From Thalia democratica (taxonomy: Eukaryota): 64,000 bases of DNA. The position numbers and the translations under genes were made by a program. The notes below the pieces were generated by a model. The model saw nothing but the letters and a program-made list of their open reading frames with translations, had not been told where the DNA came from and made no database searches. Where the stretch lies: NCBI GenBank assembly GCA_965202585.1, contig OZ241827.1, positions 77,934,001 to 77,998,000 on the forward strand, given 5' to 3'. This document shows, piece after piece, positions 54,001 to 64,000 of the stretch (positions are counted from its first letter, which is position 1; every line of letters starts with the position of its first letter).

Positions 54001-57000
54001 CGTCATTGGCTTCCGATTCAACTTCGTTTCAGAAAATTCCCATGTCTTGGACTGACTATGAGCACAATCATGTAAGTAATATAATTGTTAACACCAAAAA
54101 TATTAGCTCAATTTGAAGTTGTTATTTCTGTTAATTAATTACTATAGTTCACACCTGTAAACTGACACAATGGTTATTATATTATTTTAACTATAATAAA
54201 AAAAACACAATTTTTCTATTTATAAGTATGATTAAATAAAATTTTAAGTTATTGTAAGCTTTCACTGACTGTTCATTAAAACTATAATTAATTTTTTTAA
54301 GTATATGTTTAATTTCGTTAAAACAAAATGCTTCAACTAATTTTTAAACCATCACAGTTCAGCGGAAGTATATCTGGTTGTTCGTCTTACAGCAAAAGAA
54401 CTCCGATCCCGTCTGCGAAATCACCGAAACTGTTCACCAGGATTCCCAGATTCCAGCAGCAGTCAGTTCACAAAGTAGCAAGCAAGCAGTCCATTGCAGA
54501 ACAGCGTAAGTTTGATAACAGTAGTCGAGTGGTAGTCAGGCGTAGTATGATTCTTTATTAACTTTTTCAGTTGACTTTCTTGTTTTATATATTATTTTAA
54601 TACACTTTTCTCTGTAGTTTTAGCAGTGTTTTAGACTCTAATAATAATATGTTTTTTTTTTGGAAAACATTTAAAAAATCCAATAGTTTTAAAGCTTTTT
54701 TTTATTTGAAAAACATGTTAGTTCTCACTTTTAAAAATTCTTATAATGTAAAATTTTCTTTAAGACTTGATCACTTATCATGTATAATTGTTAATAAATT
54801 AATTCAATCACAGTTTTAAAATATTAGCAGTATGTTAGCTAGACGTAGATATACACTGATTTTGTTTTAATTTTTCAGTAAAACTTTATAATTTTTAGAT
54901 TTTCAAATTTTTAACATTTATTTTACTTAATTGTATCTTTTGAAGAAATTTTTGATTGTGTTTTTATTATAAGATATACTTACAAGTTTAAAAATATTTA
55001 ATATCTAATTTCAGTTCTAAACAAAGTTAAAAAAATATTAACTTTTAATTAGAACATCTTTAAAATGTAAATTTTGTAACTTTGTTTTTTTTTCTCACTG
55101 TTTTCTTAACTAAAATTTGTTTAACCACAGTTTTGTAATCCTAAAAAGTTGGAAGAAAACCAAAAAAATTGAATTTAGCAGAATTCAACCGTAATACAGG
55201 TCTATAAATAAAAAGCTTGGTTATGGTGATTTTTGTACAAATTTAGCATGTACTCAAAAACGTGGTGTTAATCATTATAATAAAATAACTTCAATTGTTT
55301 TTTTCTGAAATTATCTGAATTTTGAAAGTTACTTGTTTATGCTAACTTTCAAAATCTTTAACATGAAAGACTTGTTAAAATTACGTAAAACATTGAAAAA
55401 TGATTTTGTATTTATGTAGTTAGGTATATCCGGTTATAAGCTTTTGCTTGTTGTTTCAAAATTTAAAGATAAGTATGTCAACTATTATTATCTATCCTGT
55501 TATACTTAGTGGTTTTACATCTGTTGTACTGTTGTTTGTTTTTAAGTTTCATTTTAAAACTTTCATCTAAATTAAAATTTTCTAAGTTTACCATGGTTAT
55601 TAAAAAAAAAAGTGTTAATTTTTCTGGCTTCAAAAATTTTTAGTTTTTTTTCTAAACGTATTTTTTTAAACTCAAGTGATAACACTTATTTTAACTGCTC
55701 TTCATTTTTAGCATGTAAATTATTAAGTTGTGATGAATTTTATATTTCGTTCAAAACAAAAGTTATTAATGGTTTTATTAGGTTGTTATTTTGTAATTCG
55801 AAATATAACTTGTTACTTTTGTTACGAAATCTCAAAGCATGTTGATAAATCTCATAGCATGTTGTTTTTGCATGTGTATTATCATGTAACTTGCATTTAT
55901 TTCAGTATGTTATATTAGGTTTTTCTATACATGTTTATTTTTTTTACAAGAAGTTGTTTTATTAATTGCATATATTGAAAAGAAAACTAGTTACCTAAAT
56001 ACTTAAAAAAAAGATTATTAAGAACCGATTAACTCTTTTAACTCAATGAGAAAATGTTAACTTTTTATGTTTAACTTAAAAAGAAACTTTAAATAAGTTG
56101 TAAAAGTTTCTAAAACTCAATTATAAGATTTGACGAATCCTTTTAAATACTTAAATAATTTTATTCACCAGATTACGCATGGGACGTTTCTGATTGGATT
56201 AAAAACAACTCGTCGTCGGCCAATCACATTCCTGAACACGTGACGTCAGTACCAGTGAGGCGGAACAACAGATCCGACGGTGTTACGTCATCAAACAATC
56301 GCGTGACGTCACATTACAACTTGGCTGGGAGAAAACCGAAAAGGAAGGGGAGAAAATGCAGCGACGCTTCCACAACTGATTCAAAACTGGTTTGTATAAA
56401 TTTATAAACTTAAAAAGTTTTATAAGTATAAATATATATATCTAGACACAAAATAGACAAGTGAATGTTGATAAAACTAAACATTTGTAGCTTTTATATA
56501 ATAAGTATATAAATATTTACGTAAGTTACAAGTCAAGATCATTAAATGACAAAGTAATTATTTATTAGTTTTGATTCGAGTATTTATTTTTTCAAACCAG
56601 ATACGTCATCCGCAAGACGACGAAAGCTCCCAGTATGACGTCAGTAGCGAGGTTACGACGGCTGCCAGGCAACCCAGGAGCTTATTACGTAGCAGCTATG
56701 ACGTCACCAACCCCCGATTCGAACCTTCGAACTTCCCGCCATCCGTTTCCATGGAGCACGAGCGTTTCTCATTGGAAGAAAAAATCTCTGAGGCCTCGGA
56801 GGATTTCTATGACGACACGGACGAGTACGAAATTTCCGCTCCGATGCCCACCGACATTATGACGTCACTTTTGGAGGGCGAGATGGAGGTGGACATGCCG
56901 ACTCCGGCGAAGGCGCGCAAAAACAAGTTTCACCCCGACCAGTACCTGCCCGCCGTCGTCACCATGGCAACCAGTTCCTCGTCGTCGGTCGACGGTGACG

Positions 57001-57107
57001 TCACTGTCCAGTTGCTTGGCAACCAGCTGCAGATGTCGTCGCTTTCCGACTTGGAAGAAGATGACGTCAACAATTCGTTGATGTTACGTCATAATGACAA
57101 CGCTTGA
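42065..57107 (+). CDS. Potential N-terminally truncated Fat ORF of unit 2 (24 exons, 1874 aa from ATG 42065; about 8 cadherin repeats, EGF, LamG, EGFs, TM, cytoplasmic tail; no signal peptide)
   Basis: Exons 42065(acceptor-defined start 42084)-42238, 42369-42526, 42777-43010, 43087-43267, 43340-43489, 43622-43763, 43833-43933, 44019-44151, 44320-44462, 44673-44771, 44943-45093, 45178-45347, 45546-46044, 46230-46454, 46639-47764, 48174-48389, 48590-48796, 49099-49244, 53287-53502, 53615-53721, 53898-54071, 54358-54505, 56172-56389, 56601-57107. Sum 5625 nt = 1875 codons; no stop or frameshift seen and all splice sites are canonical. Expression is unproven. Confidence 0.5.
49785..50278 (+). repeat. 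Left arm: about 33 copies of the 15-mer gatca(c/t)ttctaaccc
   Basis: Direct inspection; produces the spurious (EVIGL)n and (RVRSD)n ORFs on the minus strand. Confidence 0.95.
52645..53137 (-). repeat. Right arm: about 33 copies of the same 15-mer in inverted orientation (gggttagaa(g/a)tgatc)
   Basis: Reverse complement of the left arm, including variant units (aagatc, aattaaac) at mirrored positions. Confidence 0.95.
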
Positions 57108-60100
57108 AAAACTTTACTTTTGAGAAACATTCCCTCTTTTCTCGTTTTCAGTGTTGAAGTTTTTTTTGCTGCTGCTTGAAATAAATAAAAGTTTTAATGA
57201 AAGCAGCTTGACGGAAAGCCTTTTAATTTTTGCTGTGATTTGAGGCTTCATTTTTTAATTACTTTATATTTAAAGCTTACATTTTGACATACAATAAATT
57301 TACCTTTTCTAAATAATTTCTCAGTTACCTTTTATAAATAAAATAGCGTTTTTGTTACTAAGTACTTTTTTCTGTTGTTCAGTTTTTTTAATTAGTTTTT
57401 TACAGTAAAGTTACTAAGTTACTCTCTAATATTTTAATCATCCTGTTAATTCAACTAAAAGTGCCTGGACGAAAATTTTAAATATTCAAGAAGTTTGAAT
57501 CTGCGGATATTTTTTAATCGAACATGAGTTTATGTTATATGTGTATTGTGACTGTTTCAAAATTGTGATGTTAAACAAATAAACACAAATCATCTAAATA
57601 GTTTTTTATTTATAATGTAAGTTTTTTGATTTTGTTTCTTAGTTGTTTATATGTTTAACATTTGATAACGAATATTAAAATACTTAACTAGTTTAAGTTT
57701 ATAGGAATATTTGAAAACTGCATGATTTAGTTAAAACATTATTATAGTTTTATTTCAGAGTTACATTCTTATAAAACAACAATTAAATAAACTGTTTTTA
57801 TTTAGTCTAAACAAGTTAAACCATTTTATACTCTTGCTTTTATCTAAATTTAAGATTAAACCACTTTATGTTGCAATTTTTTTTTGAAAGTAAAATCTGA
57901 ACATAAACCTCTAAAGTCTGTTCAAACTCATTAATATTAAGTCGCTAAAAGACTATAAAGAAAGGAATAAAAAAAGTTTTTTTTAATTTATAGCACGTTT
58001 TGAAACTAAAAAATTATTTTAAGTTTTCTGAACCCTTAATTCAAACACTATTGGCTAACTTTTCAGTTATACTTGGTCGATTTCAAAATACATTTATACT
58101 GTCAAATTATGTAGTGAGAAATAAAACATCGATATTCTTTCGGTTTGCACTTAAACTAGTTTGACCTTTTGGTTAGTTCGTTTGTTATGCTGTAGAAATG
58201 AACCCGTTTTGATCTTAAATAAAAGCTGTAAAATTATACTTTGATTACTAAAAATAGTTTTCGAACTGCAAAATAACTTACTTGAATATTGAAACTAGTA
58301 ACATCTAGTACCAAAGTGTTTAAAATCAAGATTTTAAAACAAACTAAAACTTTTATTTGGCTTTGATATACGTGTAACACAGTTATAATCGTTTTATTTC
58401 TGTAAAAAGTTCTTTATATTGATTGTCAAGAAATAAAAACCAAAATAACCTTTTTGTTACCTGAAAAAAAAAATCTAAACACCAACTTAATCACATTATT
58501 AACTTTTAAATACGTTGATTAGAAAGTTAGGTTCCATACGCAATTATAACGTTCTAAAGTCTTCTTGGAAGAATTTATTTATAAAAAATATCAAGGACTT
58601 TGATGGTTTATCACAAGAAACGAATATAAACATGTATAAAGAATCGAAATGGTTAGTTTATTTTTGTTACAGTTTGAAATGTATATAGGAAAAAACTAAA
58701 TAAACATTAAATTTCTACTTTTTTGTTAAACCCAATTAATTTTTTAAATGGTTGTTAATAATAAAAATTTGTGTTTCATGATATGCTAAATATTACTTTT
58801 TTTAATTTTTAGTACTATAATTTAGTGATTAAGTTTTTTTATTGCTATTTTGTAATTAAAGTTTTTTAAACTTTTTATTCACTCTTTTTTTAAAAAGTTT
58901 ACCTGAAATGTTTTCGTAGTTTGAACTTTTATTTAACTTTGCATTCAACGCTTTGATTATTATAGTTATTTTTTTTCCAGAACCAAAATTTCTGAAACTT
59001 AACTATAAACAAAATTAAACTTTACAATCATGACGTAGGACTTAACATGCTTAAAAACTTCTAAAAGTTTGTGGTTTCATTTTTACTTAGTAAATAGACA
59101 TTTGAACTTGAATAAAGTTTTGTAGGAGTGTACTTTTTACAATTATTAAATAGTTAAAAAAATGAAAATGAAATTAAGTCAACTTAGTATGTAGATAATT
59201 TTAAAGACTTTGAATTTCTAGTAAATAAGAGATAATTTGCAATTATTTAGCAAACAACTTATTTTTCGACAAGTTTAATTTTTAGTAAAATTTTAGTAAA
59301 CATTTTAAACGCTAAAATTAACATTTGTTTTCTTTTTTTGATACTACGCTTAAAATGTAAACTTTCAAAACAGAATGAAATTCTACTCATTCAATTGAAA
59401 GCTTATGAAAAATGCGAGAGAATTTATTTGAGAGAAATTAAAAAAAATAAACGAAGTGAAGCATAACATACTCTGCCGGGAGATTTATGATTGTAAACTA
59501 CAAAGAACAAAATATGTATCAGTATTCACGATGTCTTTAATTAAACATTATTTATTACAAAGTAAACGTTCGAAGTTTGGTTTAATCGACTTAAATATAA
59601 AACGTGTCGTTCTTTATAAAAAAAATATGTTTCTATTTTACAAGCTAAAATAATTTTTTTCTCTCAACATCATAAATTAACAAAACATTGTTTTATAAAT
59701 AAACATTTTAGACTTTCTCAAAATAAGCATGTTACGCCATAAGGCTTAAAACTTCCAACAATCTCCTAAACCTTTTACTAGCACTTTAATATAGTTTTTT
59801 AAACAAATGCATTTTTCATCAATGATCTAAACAAAGCAGACAACGTTCTGCATGAGTGAGTGGAGTCGAACCGGTGCAATAATCAGTAAATTAACGGGAG
59901 AAAATCCGCAGACATCCAACGTTACTTGCCAGATCGTGGATTGTAAATCTAAAAGCTGACTAACTTATTAAACTGTGGGTTGCGTGATCGCTTTAATTTT
60001 ATTAAATTTGCGCACGAAACAAATTTACTTCGTTTTTTAGGATCAGCAGAACATAAAAAGTGCGTAGGTCAAATATGATATTTTAGATGATAGAGACCTG

Positions 60101-63100
60101 AAATTTTGGAATGGCTTACAAAAGTTTGTTTAAATACCGAAATAAAATTAACGGTCCTGGAAAGAAAATTTTCACTTATTCTAGTAACTACAACTGTCAA
60201 GGATTATAAAGACAACTAGCTAAAATTTCATTCAGAAAAATTTAGTGCTGACGTACTTTAAAATTATTTCCATCGTTTATTGGTTGCATGCAAGCGATCA
60301 GACTCTAAATTGACCAATGGGGGTATTTCTTACAGCGCAGTATCAAAAGGAAGCTTAGATGAAGACACTCTGTTTGTGGTGGACAAAATTAGTGGGTCAA
60401 TTAGATTAATGGGTCGTTTAGAGGCAAGAGTTACAGGCTAAGGATAAGAGCAAGAGATTTTACAGGGAAGAGCACTCAAGCCAGACTGGTTGTCAATGTG
60501 TTGCCTAGTAACCTTTGTTCGCGTAATGGCAATATGAAAAATAAACTGACCATGATAAATGTAATTGAAATAACTTCCCCTGGACAAGTGGTTGGTACCA
60601 TAAACACTACTAGATCTGATGTTGTTTATGACATCATAGATGGTTCGGGAAAGGGAGTTTTTAGAGTTGATCGATATACAGGTCGGTAAAAGATTGATTA
60701 AAAGAAAATACTAGTCCTAAAATAAGTACATACTTTAAAATTTTATAAGAAAAAGTTAACTTTTAGTATTTTAACTTTATCAATTGTATTTAATGTGAAT
60801 AACTTTTAATTTGAACTTTTTAAATCTAGTTTTTACTTTTATAGACAAGCTATTTTCAGTTTAAAATGTTTTAGTAGTATCAAAACATGGTGTGTATTTT
60901 AAATAATAATTAGCCTGATTTTTCTTGTTTTCATAGTTAATATATCCTCTTTTTATACTTTTAAAACTGTCTAAGGTTCAAAGAAAACATAATATAAATT
61001 TTTAGTTTTTATAGAAATTTTGCACATAATTTTAAAGTTAGAACATAACATATTTAATTAATTTTACATATAAACATAAAAACCGAATTTAATTAATTTT
61101 TTAAAGTTATTTTATTTTTATCTAACAATCAAAAAACTTTCTAAAAAAGTTTTTAAATTTTAATTTTTTCAAAACCTAAGGTTTAAGTAAACAAGTTCAG
61201 TTGAATTTAATGAATTTTTGTTCAAACAAAGCTTAAATAATTGTTTTGGAATTTTATATATTTCTTAAACAGTCAAACAATTGTTTGATACGTTTTGTTG
61301 AATCGTGACTTGTTCATGTTTGCATGTTTTGCTTTTCATACAAACAAGCAGTAATTGCATACCATACATTTAATCTTTAATTGTTTTTAAATGTTTATAA
61401 ACTATTGTAAAAATTTCCAATTCTCAGTATGTATAAACGTTTAAATTACCATAACATTTTTATACAATATTTATTTTAACAGTTTATTACTAACAAAACT
61501 ATGTTTTACTCCTATACTTGCATATAGGAGATCCTCAGTTGTTGTAAATAGATCTGAAAAATATTTTTTGAACCAATGAATGGAAGTTCCATACATAGCT
61601 AAACAATAAAATTACATAAAAGTTTTATAAGTTTAAAGACAGTGTAGTTATATTTGTTATATTTACTTATAAACAGGGAAAGTATTTTTTTGACATACAA
61701 AAGCTTTCAATGTATACATATTAATAACTTGTTTAAACGATCAAGAAATTCGGCAAAAACAACTACTTATGCCTTCTTATTGAAGATTATCGGTTTAAGT
61801 AGCAAAAAGGAAATTTATTTTTCTGAAAAGGATGTGCTCTATAAAGCTTGTTTATCACTAAACTTGGTTATTACGTCACAGTAGTGCCCTTAAGCTGCAA
61901 TAGTAATTTCTCCTAAGAAATTTATATGAAGCTACTTGATGAAGTGAAACAGTTATGATGCTTGATTTTTCTTACTTGAATAAAAAGCTTATACAGACAT
62001 CCTTAAAAAACATATGTTGTACAAGCATGTTAAATGTTATTGTTTGTCTACTGTCTAGTTTTATCTGAAAGCAGTTATGTACTTATAAAACAAGTTTTAA
62101 AACTTACTATAACTATATTTTTATCGTGTTTCGTTTTTCTAAAAGAAATAAACAAATTAAAACACAAACTTATTTTTGTTCTATGTTTAAATTTTTGGAT
62201 TTTATTCTTTAAATATCAAAAAACTACTTGAGGTTATAGTCGTTCTTTTTTCTTAGGAAACAACATAGTTTGAAAAAAATGGTTTCTTACTTATATTTAA
62301 TGACAAATAAAGTGCAAAATTTCTATCTATGTTAATCTTTAAAGTTACAGTGATCTTAAATCAAGACTATCAAGAAAGCACAGTTTTTTGCTATTTTTTC
62401 TTTATTAAGTTATATCTTCGAAAAAAGGTAAAATAAGGAAATTCTTAATCAATTTAAATGACAAATTTCTTTAATATATGATTTTAAACATTTATGAGAG
62501 AGTAATTTGAAGTTGAATTAGAATTTTTTTAGTTAAGCCAAGTACTAAGATATTTGTATTTAAATTAGATGCTTTTGCTTCTGTTGAAGTTTTAGCTGCT
62601 TCATGAGCAATTAGTCTTGTGTAATTAAAAGAAAAAAGAAAAAAAGCATAAGCTGAATAGTAGTAAAAAGATTCAAGAAAGTGCTTTATATTTGCTCAAA
62701 GTTTAAATTTCGGTTGAAAAATTTACAAAGAAGAATTAAACAAGAATAATAACAACAAAAGAAATAAACTTTACCCGCTGTATACACAAATAAGTAGAAT
62801 GGTAAATACTTGAAGCTTGTTTAAGTTACACAAAAGGTTCTCGACAGTTTATAAGTCTTTGTGCCAACAAAAAAATACTTTTTATTTCAAAAAGAGCAAG
62901 AAAATAATAATAGGGTCGGGCATGAGTCATATCTTTTGTTTAGGAAGTTGAGTTTGTACAACGCAGATTCTTAATTTGAAAGTAAAGAATAAATTAACAC
63001 CTTATTTTCTCCCCCTTTTTATATTCATACTTAGTTGGGTTTTAGCTCGCTTTTGTTGTTTTTGTCTTGGTATAATTTAAATAAAATTTAAAGTCTTAAG

Positions 63101-64000
63101 TACATATACACAATTATTTTAATTCTAAACAATTTAATTTTTGTAATACAACAAAAATCTTTAAACAATTTTTGAAAAACCAAGTAGGGAAAGTACTCTA
63201 TGTTGTTTAAACTTTAAATGACAGCAAAATATTAAGTCCCTTGACATTAAAAATCGGTCAAGTACATACAATAAGAAGTATAAAAATACTTGTCAAACTC
63301 TAGTTTGACACAAAAACTATCATGTTGAATTACAGCAGAGAAAATTTTTTCAAAATGACAGCGGGTTTGTATACAAAAGTCTCATTTGTCAGCTGTTTTC
63401 TTTCATGGTGCACTTGTTTTTAATTTAAGATGACAAGCAAAAACTAGAACTTAAGTTTCGAGTGCTTGTCTAAAATACAATTTCAGTCAAAATTTTAAGT
63501 TGTTCTTGCATTGGGTTCTTTTCTGTATTAATGCATAACTTATGTCAGATATTCGTTTTTGCAAACTATCTGTTTGAAGTAATTTTATATTTTTGTATAT
63601 AATCCATCCATTTTTTATTAAAAATCTTAGTATTTCTTCTGTGAGATTTACTTCACAGTTTCAGTATAAAACAAATAGCTGTAAAAACATAATAGTTAAG
63701 AACACAATAATTATACGGTATTAGTTTCATTCAATATATTTTCCTTGAAAAATGGTTTTTGAAAATAAAAAATCTACTAAAATATACTGATTGTAAAAAA
63801 TGTGTGAAAACATTTTATCAGTAACATATGCATGCCCTTAATTAATTTGATACAGCATATGTTTTAAATGATCCTGTTCTTTTTTTAGTTTTACTGACAT
63901 TTTGGTAATTTATCATTACGCCTGTAAGACTTAATTATGAACAGAAGCATACTGGAAATATGTTTGGATATGCTTTTTTAATTATCTTTTTGTGTTGTCT
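57108..64000 (+). repeat. Paralogous copy of unit-1 downstream region 20649-about 29240 (lacks the hAT insertion)
   Basis: Co-linear alignment, roughly 88-92 percent identity by eye, continuing to the window end. Confidence 0.92.
59830..60681 (+). pseudogene. Degenerate large cadherin exon starting unit 3 (paralogue of 25050-25913)
   Basis: VTTTVKDYKDN*LKF (TAG 60217), NGGISYSAVSKGSLDEDTLFVVDKISGSIRLMGRLE, frameshift, then SYRLRIRARDFTGKSTQARLVVNVLP...FRVDRYTG|gtcggt. Confidence 0.8.

Larger units (their letters stand above)
25050..57107 (+). pseudogene. FAT1/3-like: Fat1/3-type protocadherin, unit 2: decayed and deleted 5' part, intact 3' part
   Basis: 5' cadherin exons with stops/frameshift (about 25050-25913, 29811-29988, 30264-30394, 35414-35481, 36988-about 37071, 37453-37603, 37803-38029). 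Then copies of unit-1 sequence 986-3157 (TGG>TAG at 41347), 6605-6970 and 8951-20648. Confidence 0.82.

Overview
AT-rich eukaryotic (metazoan) genomic DNA with spliceosomal GT-AG introns. Many ORF-track entries are fragments of single exons, antisense shadows or repeat artefacts. The window is a head-to-tail tandem array, period about 33-36 kb, of a Fat1/3-type giant protocadherin on the + strand. Unit 1 (1-20648) has 43 exons I could map (about 20 cadherin repeats, EGF, one LamG, EGFs, TM, cytoplasmic tail with WDxSDW and FHPDQYLP motifs). It is uninterrupted from 5135 to the stop but carries frameshifts and a dead splice donor at 3.8-5.0 kb. Unit 2 (about 25050-57107) has a decayed 5' part (stops, frameshifts, three deletions, one bordered by a hAT end) but an intact 24-exon 3' part. 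Two unit-2-specific in-frame ATGs sit at the start of that intact part, giving a potential 1874-aa truncated Fat. Unit 3 begins at about 59830 and runs off the window. Unit-specific DNA transposons, each with an empty site in the other unit, are a 1.6-kb composite hAT element (23002-24608, 8-bp TSD) and a 3.4-kb Foldback/MULE-like element with mirror-image 15-bp tandem-repeat arms (49779-53143, 9-bp TSD). Coding exons are heavily loaded with TGACGTCA (CRE) and carry several RFX X-box-like motifs. No RNA genes or CRISPR arrays were seen. A false tandem duplication (uncollapsed haplotypes) cannot be excluded from sequence alone. Identities and counts are by eye.
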